The position numbers were made by a program, and so were the translations under genes. From Hadesarchaea archaeon (GTDB taxonomy: Archaea; Hadarchaeota; Hadarchaeia; Hadarchaeales; Hadarchaeaceae): a DNA stretch of 46,372 bases. This document shows positions 28,203 to 36,132 of the stretch, in pieces. Within the stretch, counting starts at the first letter, position 1, and every line of letters starts with the position of its first letter. Location: positions 1 to 46,372 of the forward strand of contig JACIWF010000001.1 of NCBI GenBank assembly GCA_014361095.1, in the 5' to 3' direction. The notes beneath the pieces were generated by a model. That model saw only the letters and a program-made list of their open reading frames with translations. It was not told the origin of the DNA and made no database searches.

Positions 28203-28732
28203 CTCTTGATTATTTCCCTAGAATTTGTGATTTGCGCACCGTAAATTCTTCTCATGTAATCTAAAGCATGCGCCTTGTCCCTTTGTTCAGGTGAGGCCAC
28301 ACAGTCCTCCGGAATCGTCACCTTATAACCATTGAAGAAGGCCCCGGCAGCGGAATGCTGAATGCAGATCTCAGTAACCACCCCGGTGAGTACCAGCTCA
28401 GCGATGCCCTTTCTCCCGAGAAGCCTCTTCAGCCTCGGAACTTGGAAAATATCATACGTCCGCTTGAAGATCACCGCCTCGCCCTTGATGGGGCTTAGCT
28501 CAGGAACTATCCCGGATCCCTTGGTGCCAGCCATGGCGTGCTCGCCCCAGACGCGCAACTCAGGATCGCCTGGCACGTGGGCATCGCAGGCATAAATCAC
28601 TGGAATTCCTCTGGCTCGAGCTGCTGCGAGCAGCTGCTGAATCTGGGACACGATCTTCACAGCGCCCCTGAAGCCAAACTTTCCCGTGACGAAGTCGTTG
28701 ATCATATCAATAACGACTAACGCCGACTTCAA
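28190..28732 (-). CDS. pncA: nicotinamidase / isochorismatase-family hydrolase
   Basis: TTG start retains the conserved 'ALVVIDMINDF' strand. 'THK'-type Lys and the catalytic Cys context 'LTGVVTEICIQHSA' are present. 13-nt overlap with NAPRT. Confidence 0.85.
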   Translation of the reverse strand: MKSALVVIDMINDFVTGKFGFRGAVKIVSQIQQLLAAARARGIPVIYACDAHVPGDPELRVWGEHAMAGTKGSGIVPELSPIKGEAVIFKRTYDIFQVPRLKRLLGRKGIAELVLTGVVTEICIQHSAAGAFFNGYKVTIPEDCVASPEQRDKAHALDYMRRIYGAQITNSREIIKRWGK

Positions 28733-28797
28733 AAATTATCCCCAATAATGATAGTCTCGCCAAATAAATAGCAGACTCTGCCACTGAATGCTAAAAA

Positions 28798-29055
28798 TTA
28801 CCGCCACTGAAAAACGCGCTGGGAGAATTCCAGCACAGTGATGCCGACGATCCTGCGCCCACGGTATCTGATTATCAGATCCTTTCCTGTCAGTTCTGCA
28901 CCCTCAGCCTGATGGACTCCGCCAAAGCTGATGTAGAGGACGTCCCGAACGCGATCGTAGAAGACATCGATGTCCTCGACATTTTTTATTACCGCTTCCA
29001 CAGAATCAGCCTTCCTCCCAGCGGCTTTTCTCTTTTCGCTGCCGACACCGTACAC
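28798..29055 (-). CDS. DUF2283-family small protein (putative antitoxin)
   Basis: 'DVFYDRVRDVLYISFGG...GRRIVGITVLEFSQR' matches the DUF2283 pattern (YD-x-D-x-LYI ... G-x-IVGIE). An in-frame GTG at 29001 would cut the overlap with the upstream gene from 67 nt to 13 nt. Confidence 0.7.
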   Translation of the reverse strand: MYGVGSEKRKAAGRKADSVEAVIKNVEDIDVFYDRVRDVLYISFGGVHQAEGAELTGKDLIIRYRGRRIVGITVLEFSQRVFQWR

Positions 29056-29390
29056 ACCTCACCGCCCTCTCGATAGGGAACCAACAGACATCCTCCTCGG
29101 AGAAAGCCTGCCGCGATTCTCCTGACGGCGATGTTCTCCCCATGCCTGCCTGCGAGCACGTAATCCGGCTCCGAGACTGCAGAGATAACCTCCCGATCCA
29201 GCTGCTTCACCTTGGCCATCTCCGGGTGTCTGCTTAGGACAATTCTAAGCGTGGAAAAATCAAGACGAACCTCATTGTCAAACACTGACTGAGTTAAGAT
29301 CAGGATGACCCGATGAGGATTTTTGTGCCCGTGGTTTATAAGCGGGCAATTACCCGGCTCAACCACCCTTATTTTATCGAAAACCAACAA
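28989..29390 (-). CDS. uncharacterised small protein, possible toxin partner of DUF2283 (DUF4258-like by context)
   Basis: The ORF is co-directional and overlapping with the DUF2283 gene. The conserved-looking C-terminal 95 aa ('LSRHPEMAKV...EPDYVLAGRHGENIAVRR...LLVPY...VCTVSAAKRE') resembles small RNase-type toxins. The start is uncertain (ATG 29390 or an internal GTG at the 'VFDNEV' position). Confidence 0.45.
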   Translation of the reverse strand: MLVFDKIRVVEPGNCPLINHGHKNPHRVILILTQSVFDNEVRLDFSTLRIVLSRHPEMAKVKQLDREVISAVSEPDYVLAGRHGENIAVRRIAAGFLRGGCLLVPYREGGEVCTVSAAKREKPLGGRLILWKR

Positions 29391-29405
29391 AAGGGTGGGT
29401 CCTGT

Positions 29406-30485
29406 TTGAAAAAAATTGAGAGATTGAAAGAAGAACTCGAAAGGCGCGGCCTGGAGGCTTACCTTTCAGTCAGGAACACCCGCTACCTGGCCGGGACAAC
29501 CGCCGGCAAGGCAGTGATTGTGCCGGTTGACGGCGAACCAGTTTTTGTGTGCAGCCGGCTGGAGCTAGAGCGGGCCAGAAGGGAGAGCCAGATCAGGGAC
29601 ATCAGGGCCTTTTCCAGCTGGAGGGCTCCACTGCAGCGGGGTGAGAGGGTCTTTTTCATGGAGCCCTGGCAGCTCATCGCCAAGGTGCTCGAGGAAATCG
29701 GCACCCGCGCGATTGGATACGACGGTGGGGATAGGAATTTCATCAGAAAAATCCGCGGCCTGCACGAAGCCAGCTATCTGGTGGCACCCGAGGTCATCCA
29801 AAACCTGCGCATGATAAAATCACCTGAGGAGCTTAACCTGCTGCGAAGGTCGGCGAAAATAGCTTCGCTTGGGATGAACCGCGCCGCAGAACTCATCGAG
29901 CCCGGCAGAACCGAGCTTGAGATCGCTGCCGAAATCGAGTATGAAATGAGGCGGGCGGGATCGGAGGGAACCCCATTTCCGACCATCGTGGCCTCGGGGA
30001 GCAATTCCTGGCTGCCCCATTCAACCGCGACCTCGAGGAAGCTGAGAAATGGAGAACTCATTGTCATTGACCTCGGGGCGACATTCAACGGCTACGCCTC
30101 CGACATGACACGGACGTTTGCGCTCTCGCCGACAAGGAAACAGCTCAGGATCCTCCAAGTGGTCAAGGGAGCCCAGCGTGCCGCACTGGAAAGGATAAAA
30201 GATGGCGTGACGGCAAAGCAGGTGGATGCCGCCGCCAGAAAATTCATCGGGCGGGCGGGATTCGGCCAATTCTTCAACCACGGCACGGGGCACGGGGTGG
30301 GACTGGAGATACACGAAGCTCCGAGTCTGTACCCATTATCGCGGGACACTCTCCGCAGTGGAATGGTCCTCACCGTGGAGCCTGGTATCTATATCCCTGG
30401 AGCTGGGGGTGCCCGCTGGGAGGATACCATCGCGGTGAAAGCAGGTGGCTACGAAACGTTGACGCAGGCGGACAAAATTCTTTAA
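29406..30485 (+). CDS. pepQ: Xaa-Pro aminopeptidase/dipeptidase (M24B)
   Basis: 'HGTGHGVGLEIHEAP', 'VEPGIYIPG' and 'DLGATFNGYASDMTRTF' metal-ligand blocks. I prefer TTG 29406 (MKKIERLKEELERRGL...), because the upstream extension to 29313 overlaps the opposite-strand gene. Confidence 0.9.
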   Translation: MKKIERLKEELERRGLEAYLSVRNTRYLAGTTAGKAVIVPVDGEPVFVCSRLELERARRESQIRDIRAFSSWRAPLQRGERVFFMEPWQLIAKVLEEIGTRAIGYDGGDRNFIRKIRGLHEASYLVAPEVIQNLRMIKSPEELNLLRRSAKIASLGMNRAAELIEPGRTELEIAAEIEYEMRRAGSEGTPFPTIVASGSNSWLPHSTATSRKLRNGELIVIDLGATFNGYASDMTRTFALSPTRKQLRILQVVKGAQRAALERIKDGVTAKQVDAAARKFIGRAGFGQFFNHGTGHGVGLEIHEAPSLYPLSRDTLRSGMVLTVEPGIYIPGAGGARWEDTIAVKAGGYETLTQADKIL

Positions 30486-30505
30486 TATTGAGGTCGTTTT
30501 TCTCT

Positions 30506-30721
30506 ATGAGTTCCATGAAGAGGAGCTGCAATCTTGAAAAGAACAGGGAGAAGTGCAGCTGCACCTACGAGCCCTGCCCGAGAAAAGGCATCTGCTGCGA
30601 GTGCCTCAGCTACCACTGGAGAATGGGGGAGCTGCCGGCCTGCCTTTTCCCGCCGGAGATCGAGCGGACCTACGATCGGTCGCTGAAAACATTTTTGGAG
30701 CACTACCGAGGGCGGGTTTAA
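30506..30721 (+). CDS. Cys-rich miniprotein, DUF6485-like
   Basis: 'CSCTYEPCPRKGICCECLSYHWRMGELPACLFPPEIERTYDRS' has 8 Cys in the spacing I recognise from DUF6485 proteins. It starts 2-30 nt after the pepQ stop (TTG 30488, ATG 30506 or ATG 30515). Confidence 0.6.
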   Translation: MSSMKRSCNLEKNREKCSCTYEPCPRKGICCECLSYHWRMGELPACLFPPEIERTYDRSLKTFLEHYRGRV

Positions 30722-30766
30722 GTAAGGATAAGACAAATAAAAGAATGTTTTGAGGATGGTGATGAG

Positions 30767-31192
30767 ATGAAGGAGGCAGCTGGCCCTGTAAGAGGTCCGA
30801 CGATCTCAGACCTTTCCGTGGAGGAGATCATGACGAAGAATGTCATCACCGTTGAAACCGAGGAACCTGTCTTCACTATGGTCAAGAAGATGATCAACAA
30901 AAACGTCGAGTGCCTTCCCGTGACCAAGGCCGGGAAACTGAAGGGACTGATAACCTTCCGCGATGTCATCAGGAAGGTCGTCTACGAGGGGAAGGACCCC
31001 AAGAAGATGAAGGCCAAGGATGTGATGACCAAGTCGGTGGTCACCTGCTACAACGACGCCACGGTTCTGGACGTGGTTAAGCTGATGAAAAATAAAAGGC
31101 TGCGGAGGATCCCGGTCATTGATAGAAACAGGAATCTGGTCGGACTGGTCACCAACTTTGATCTGGCCATCATCGGCTGGGATGTTGATTAG
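30767..31192 (+). CDS. CBS-domain pair protein
   Basis: Two CBS repeats ('IMTKNVITVE...LPV...GLITFRDVI' and 'VMTKSVVTC...IPVIDRNRNLVGLVTNFDL'). 141 aa. Confidence 0.88.
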   Translation: MKEAAGPVRGPTISDLSVEEIMTKNVITVETEEPVFTMVKKMINKNVECLPVTKAGKLKGLITFRDVIRKVVYEGKDPKKMKAKDVMTKSVVTCYNDATVLDVVKLMKNKRLRRIPVIDRNRNLVGLVTNFDLAIIGWDVD

Positions 31193-31269
31193 AGTCCCGA
31201 TCTTTCTCGGCCGCAATTGGTCTCAGTAATTACTTAAATCTTAGACGGCGATTATCGGAAGGTGGTGGA

Positions 31270-32703
31270 GTGGTGAAAAGGGAGCGATGGCGACAGGATT
31301 TCAGCGGCTGGTTCAACGACGTTCTGCAGGAAGCCGACATCATGGACACACGCTATCCCGTAAAGGGGCTCTATGTCTGGAGGCCCTACGGGATGAAGCT
31401 CCGCAACCTCGTTTTCTCGATCCTGAAGCAGCTTCACGAGAGTTCCGGTCACCAGGAGGTACTCTTTCCGCTGCTGATACCGGAGACGCTGTTCCAGAAG
31501 GAGGCCGAACACATCAGGGGGTTCGGTGGTCAGGTCTACTGGGTGACCCACGGCGGTCACCAGAAGCTGGACGTCAAGCTGGCGCTGCGCCCAACCTCCG
31601 AGACCTCCATGTATCCCATGTTTGCCCTCTGGATCAGGACACACGCTGACCTGCCGATCAAGGTCTATCAGGTCGTCAACGTCTTCCGCTATGAGACCAA
31701 GATGACCAAGCCCCTGATCAGGCTGCGCGAGGTAACCACCTTCAAGGAGGCCCACACCGCCCATGCCACGGCTGAGGAGGCCGAGGCCCAGGTCAGGGAG
31801 GCCATCAAAATTTACCGGAAGTTCTACGATGAACTCGGCGTGCCATATATCGTCAGCAAGCGGCCCCCCTGGGACACCTTCGCCGGGGCGGTTTACTCCA
31901 TCGCCTTTGACACCGTGACCCCGGACGGAAAGGCGCTGCAGATCGGCACCATCCACAACCTGGGGCAGAACTTCGCCAAGGTCTACGGGCTGAAGTACGA
32001 GGCCGTGGACGGCAAGCACCACCATGTCTACCAGACCTGCTACGGTATCTCCGAGCGGGCGGTGGCGGCGACGATCATGGCCCATGGTGACGATGCTGGC
32101 CTCTGCCTGCCGCCGGACGTTGCTCCCATCCAGGTGGTCATCGTCCCGATCCCGTTCAAGGAGAAGGAGACGCCGGTCGAAAATGTCGCTGCCCAGGTGA
32201 AGGAAGAACTCACCTCGACTGGCCTCAGGGCACACCTCGACGACCGCGACCTGCGCCCGGGAAACAAGTTCTACCACTGGGAGCGACGTGGCGTCCCGCT
32301 CAGAATTGAGATCGGGCCAAAGGACGTGGAAAAAGACCAGGTTACTGCCGTTCGGCGCGACACCGGCGAGAGGCTCACCATCGCTAGGAAATCGATGAAA
32401 AAACAGGTGGGTGAAATCCTAAAGCAGATCACCGATCACCTTCGCGAGCGGGCGAAGCGGTCATTTGAGGCCTTAGTGAACTCCGCCGTGGACCTGAAGT
32501 CGGCAAGGGAGCTTTTGAAAAAACAGGGGGGCATCATCAGGGTTCCTTGGTGCGGTCGTGAATCCTGCGGTAAACTGATAGCGGAGAAGGCCGAGGCGGA
32601 GATGCTGGGGGAGGAGATTGGCGCTGGACCGCAGCCGGAGGCCAAATGTCCCATCTGCTCCGACCCGGCGACGGTGAACGCTCTCCTGGCCAAGACCTAT
32701 TGA
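31270..32703 (+). CDS. proS: prolyl-tRNA synthetase, archaeal/eukaryotic type with C-terminal zinc-binding domain
   Basis: GTG start. 'FSGWFNDVLQEADIMDTRYPVKGLYVWRPYG', 'LRPTSET' and 'FRYETK' class II motifs. C-terminal 'VPWCGRESCG...CPIC'. Confidence 0.94.
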   Translation: MVKRERWRQDFSGWFNDVLQEADIMDTRYPVKGLYVWRPYGMKLRNLVFSILKQLHESSGHQEVLFPLLIPETLFQKEAEHIRGFGGQVYWVTHGGHQKLDVKLALRPTSETSMYPMFALWIRTHADLPIKVYQVVNVFRYETKMTKPLIRLREVTTFKEAHTAHATAEEAEAQVREAIKIYRKFYDELGVPYIVSKRPPWDTFAGAVYSIAFDTVTPDGKALQIGTIHNLGQNFAKVYGLKYEAVDGKHHHVYQTCYGISERAVAATIMAHGDDAGLCLPPDVAPIQVVIVPIPFKEKETPVENVAAQVKEELTSTGLRAHLDDRDLRPGNKFYHWERRGVPLRIEIGPKDVEKDQVTAVRRDTGERLTIARKSMKKQVGEILKQITDHLRERAKRSFEALVNSAVDLKSARELLKKQGGIIRVPWCGRESCGKLIAEKAEAEMLGEEIGAGPQPEAKCPICSDPATVNALLAKTY

Positions 32704-32752
32704 TTCAAGCTCATCTCTTCTCGAAGCCCTGATGTGGTTAACTGGCCCTTAA

Positions 32753-33637
32753 TCACTTCAAACGCTGAACGGCTTCCAGAATCTCCGGCTCGGTCGGGAA
32801 CCCCGTTGGCCCCTTATACCTTATCTTCAAACCCGCGGCGGCCACGGCAAATCTCGCCGAGTTCAAGACGTCCCGCGTCGCCAAGTAGCGAGTAAGAAAT
32901 GCCGCCCCGAAGACATCGCCGGCTCCGGTCATGTCCCTGGCTTCAACCTTGAGGGGATCTATTCTGAAAAAGCTTTCTTCACTTAAAACCATCGTCGTCT
33001 CGCCGCCCCTGGTGACGACCACGACCTTCGGCCCCATTTTCTGAATGCCGCGCATGCCCGCCTCGACATCGCCGCCGAGGACTATCGCCTCCTCCCTCCC
33101 CAGCTTGACGATATCGACATACCTGAGGAACTCCGAAAGATCCCTGGGCCTGACACCGACCCTGCCGTCGGCCCCGATCACCCGAAGAACCCCCTGCGGA
33201 TCCAGCATCACGAGGTTGGACTCTCTCTTGATGAACTTCAGCAGCTCCGGGGTGATTTCGTTGGCGATGGGGGAAACATAAAAGGCCCTCGCATCCAGAT
33301 AGTGGCCCGGGATGTCTTCAGGGGCTATCCTTGGTGCCACATGCTTGCAGACCTGGGTCCGGTTCCCCTGCTCGTCGTAGGTGTTCTCAAAAGTGGTCGT
33401 GTGCTCGCCGGCAACGTATATCCCCTCGGTGTTGAGCCCGAGCTTGCTGTAAATGGGCGGGAATCTCTCGGTGAAGTCGATGCCCACCTTGGAGACGATG
33501 CCCACCTGCTGCTTCAGGGCGGCAAACTGCAGCCCTGAGTAGGTGGGGGCACCGCCGAGGACATTCTCCACCACTCCCCAAGGAAAGACATTCACATCCA
33601 AGGCCACATGCCCGATGACAACGACGTCCGGCGCCAT
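32753..33637 (-). CDS. PfkB/ribokinase-family carbohydrate kinase (candidate myo-inositol kinase by context)
   Basis: 'VVVIGHVALDV' N-terminus and the C-terminal 'DMTGAGDVFGAAF' PfkB signature. Its ATG overlaps the MIPS stop (TGATG). Confidence 0.8.
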   Translation of the reverse strand: MAPDVVVIGHVALDVNVFPWGVVENVLGGAPTYSGLQFAALKQQVGIVSKVGIDFTERFPPIYSKLGLNTEGIYVAGEHTTTFENTYDEQGNRTQVCKHVAPRIAPEDIPGHYLDARAFYVSPIANEITPELLKFIKRESNLVMLDPQGVLRVIGADGRVGVRPRDLSEFLRYVDIVKLGREEAIVLGGDVEAGMRGIQKMGPKVVVVTRGGETTMVLSEESFFRIDPLKVEARDMTGAGDVFGAAFLTRYLATRDVLNSARFAVAAAGLKIRYKGPTGFPTEPEILEAVQRLK

Positions 33638-34710
33638 CAGTTGTCCCTCCTTCCGGCGATGAAGTCCTCCACCGCCTGCCTGGCCTGTTCGTCAGGTATC
33701 TGAACCGGCGGGTGTTTGAAGAAGTAGGCCGAAACCCCGATCAGCGGCCCGGCGATGCCGCGGTCGAGGGCCAGCTTCACCGCCCTGATGGCGTCGATGA
33801 CCACGCCGGCCGAGTTGGGTGAGTCCTCAACAGAAAGCTTGACGTCAATCGTCAGCGGGATGTCTCCGAACTTGCGTCCCCGCAGGTAAATGTAGCAGAC
33901 CTTGTTGTCCTTCAGGAAGGGCACATAGTCGCTGGGGCCGATCCTGAGCGGGACCTCATAAGGCACCTGGCTGGAGACGGCCTCGGTCTTGCTCACCCTC
34001 TTTGAACTCAGCCTCTCCTCCTCGAGCATGTTTAGGAAATCCGTGTTTCCGCCGATGTTCAGCTGGTAGCTCTCCTCCAGCTTGACCCCGCGGTCGATCA
34101 GGAGCTTGGCCAGCGTCCGGTGAAGTATCGTCGCTCCCACCTGCGACTTGATGTCGTCCCCGGCACAGGGCAGCCCGGCCTTCCTGAACCGTTCCCCCCA
34201 CTCCTTCCCCGAGACGATGAACTCGGGAATGCAGTTGATGTATCCGCAGCCCGCCTCAATCGCCTGCTGGGCATAGTAGCGCGAGGCCTCATAGCTGCCC
34301 ACGGGAAGATAGCTCACTAGGATGTCGGCCTTGGTCCTGCGGAGCTCCTCGGCCACGTCCACCGGCTGCTGAGTGGGATCAACTGGAATCACCGGCTTGA
34401 GGTACTTGCCGAGCCCATCCAAGACCGGCCCCCTCATGACCTCGACGCCCAGCTTCGGCACCTCGCAGAACTTCTTGGTGCAGTTGGGTGGAGCGAAGAT
34501 GGCTTCGGAGAGATCCCGGCCCACCTTGTTGGCGTCGACGTCAAAGGCGGCCACGGGCTTGATGTCGCGAATGTGGTAGCCGCCGAAGTTGACGTGCATC
34601 AGGCCGGGGACAAACTGATCCTCCCGCGCCTCCTTGTAGTACTCCAGACCCTGAATCAACGATGAGGCGCAGTTGCCGACGCCCACGATTGCCAGCCTTA
34701 TCTCTGCCAT
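33637..34710 (-). CDS. myo-inositol-1-phosphate synthase
   Basis: '[18 protein letters not shown]', '[20 protein letters not shown]' and '[12 protein letters not shown]' blocks. I prefer ATG 34710 ([10 protein letters not shown]), with an alternative at 34728. Confidence 0.9.
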   Translation of the reverse strand: MAEIRLAIVGVGNCASSLIQGLEYYKEAREDQFVPGLMHVNFGGYHIRDIKPVAAFDVDANKVGRDLSEAIFAPPNCTKKFCEVPKLGVEVMRGPVLDGLGKYLKPVIPVDPTQQPVDVAEELRRTKADILVSYLPVGSYEASRYYAQQAIEAGCGYINCIPEFIVSGKEWGERFRKAGLPCAGDDIKSQVGATILHRTLAKLLIDRGVKLEESYQLNIGGNTDFLNMLEEERLSSKRVSKTEAVSSQVPYEVPLRIGPSDYVPFLKDNKVCYIYLRGRKFGDIPLTIDVKLSVEDSPNSAGVVIDAIRAVKLALDRGIAGPLIGVSAYFFKHPPVQIPDEQARQAVEDFIAGRRDN

Positions 34711-34714
34711 CCGG

Positions 34715-35095
34715 TCACCCCAGCACATCCATTAGCTGGAAGAGGTAGAACTTTCCCTTTCTCTCCAGAGCAAAGCCCACCTCGGCTCCTCCCTTGCGGC
34801 GCTGCAACAGCTGCTCCAGTTGTGAGCCTCTGATGAGATAGTCTTGCCCCGACTTGACATCGAGGAACAGTCTTTTTCCTTCCCTCTCAACCAGAACGTC
34901 TACCGGCCTTCCCTCGTAGAGCCCGGGACGCCAGCCGCGGGCCGCGAGGAGCTGTGCCAGTCTTCTCCCAGCAAGTTTCGATCTGCGGGCCCTCGTCTCC
35001 CCAAGCCGGGAATGGCATGAGGGGCACCTCTGTGGGGACCCGCGCGGCCTCCACTCGTAGCCGCAGTTCTCACAATGTAAACTTGTTACAACCAT
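34715..35095 (-). CDS. zinc-ribbon protein with PD-(D/E)XK (Hjc/restriction-endonuclease-like) C-terminal fold
   Basis: N-terminal 'CENCG...CPSC'. C-terminal '[13 protein letters not shown]...[20 protein letters not shown]' matches the D...(D/E)xK nuclease-fold pattern. 126 aa, directly upstream of MIPS. Confidence 0.5.
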   Translation of the reverse strand: MVVTSLHCENCGYEWRPRGSPQRCPSCHSRLGETRARRSKLAGRRLAQLLAARGWRPGLYEGRPVDVLVEREGKRLFLDVKSGQDYLIRGSQLEQLLQRRKGGAEVGFALERKGKFYLFQLMDVLG

Positions 35096-35166
35096 ATTTC
35101 AACCTATGAAATATATCTAAAAATTAACTATTTAAGGCTTTGCCGACCACTTAATTTTGATTTTCT
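35096..35166. promoter_or_regulatory. AT-rich divergent promoter region between the nuclease-fold gene and padR
   Basis: 71 nt, much more A/T-rich than its surroundings (ATATATCTAAAAATTAACTATTTAAGG). It contains the inverted pentamers TTAAG-N13-CTTAA immediately upstream of the padR ATG. Confidence 0.4.
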
Positions 35167-35484
35167 ATGGCCATGGCGAGGATAAAGCGGAAGACCACGA
35201 CCGAGATGATCTGGCCCTACTTCCTGAAGCTGCTCAAGGAACGCCCCATGTACGGCTACGAGCTGCGCCAGGAAACCCAGAAGCGCTTCGGCTGGAAGCC
35301 GCCCACGGTGACCTCCTACCTCGTCCTCTACAGCCTCGAGAAGGGGGGTTACGTCACGGTCTCCTGGAAGGAGCAGCGGGGCAAGCCGGCGAGGAAGTAC
35401 TACCGGATAACCAAGAAAGGTGAAGAGCTGCTGCAGGAAGCGATTGACTACTTCAAGGAGACCTACACCAAGCTCTCCGCCTAA
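35167..35484 (+). CDS. PadR-family winged-helix transcriptional regulator
   Basis: 'ILKLLKERPMYGYELRQE...TVTSYLVLYSLEKGGYVTVSW...GKPARKYYRITKKGEELL' is the canonical PadR pattern. 105 aa. Confidence 0.88.
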   Translation: MAMARIKRKTTTEMIWPYFLKLLKERPMYGYELRQETQKRFGWKPPTVTSYLVLYSLEKGGYVTVSWKEQRGKPARKYYRITKKGEELLQEAIDYFKETYTKLSA

Positions 35485-36077
35485 CGCAACCTCCGCCTGG
35501 CCGCGAGCACCCTCTGCACCGCGGTTATGTTGGCGATTACAGCGATGATGACCACCGCGTAGGGGGTCAGGCCCAGCAGTGCCCCAATCGCCAGGATTAT
35601 CAGCCTCTCGGCCCGTTCGGCAAAACCGACGTCCAGCCGTCCTGATCCCGCTGCCTCAGCTCGGGCCCGCGTGTAGCTCACCATGAAGCTGCCGGCAATC
35701 GCCAGCAAACCCCAGAGCCACCCCCAGCCCAGAATGATCCCGGGCTCGGCAATCCGCCTTTGGATGAAGGCATAGATAATGCCGGCGTAGAGGAGGACGT
35801 CCACATAGCGATCGACGACGGAGTCCAGCACTCCACCAAATGCCGTTTCCCTCTGAAGCAGCCTGGCAACGGCGCCGTCGATGATGTCAAAAAATCCCGC
35901 CACCAGCAGAACCACTCCGGCGAGAGGTTGCTCACCCTGGGCAAAGAGGACGGCCGCGATGACGCCGAAGACCAGTCCCAGCATGGTGAGCGCATTCGGG
36001 CTCAGCCCACTTATGGCGAAAAGCCTGGCGACCGGCGCTATCCAGTCCTTCACCCTCTCGCGGACCCGGCTCAGCAT
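35481..36077 (-). CDS. CDP-alcohol phosphatidyltransferase, archaetidylinositol-phosphate synthase-like
   Basis: Signature 'DIIDGAVARLLQRETAFGGVLDSVVDRYVD' (DGx2ARx8Gx3Dx3D) and about 5-6 TM helices. I prefer ATG 36077 (MLSRVRERV...). The ORF extension to 36266 overlaps the divergent gene. Confidence 0.8.
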   Translation of the reverse strand: MLSRVRERVKDWIAPVARLFAISGLSPNALTMLGLVFGVIAAVLFAQGEQPLAGVVLLVAGFFDIIDGAVARLLQRETAFGGVLDSVVDRYVDVLLYAGIIYAFIQRRIAEPGIILGWGWLWGLLAIAGSFMVSYTRARAEAAGSGRLDVGFAERAERLIILAIGALLGLTPYAVVIIAVIANITAVQRVLAARRRLR

Positions 36078-36132
36078 ATCGCGCCCACCAGCGGAAGCTT
36101 TTTTCTCCGCCGCCATAAGGGTTTTGGAGACC

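Noticed and set aside
30757-30763. GUGAUGA C-box-like heptamer just upstream of the CBS gene.
   Set aside because: No downstream D box (CUGA) lies at an appropriate distance. The motif overlaps the ribosome-binding and start region of the CBS gene.
31252-32277. 341-aa ORF antisense to proS. Similar long antisense ORFs occur at 6732-7421, 8567-9322, 10253-10816, 22189-22647, 25177-25728, 35760-36278 and 39345-40025.
   Set aside because: Each lies entirely opposite a gene with unmistakable enzyme motifs. Their products are low-complexity Arg/Pro/Gly/Leu-rich, as expected for stop-poor antisense frames in GC-rich DNA. No independent start context was seen.
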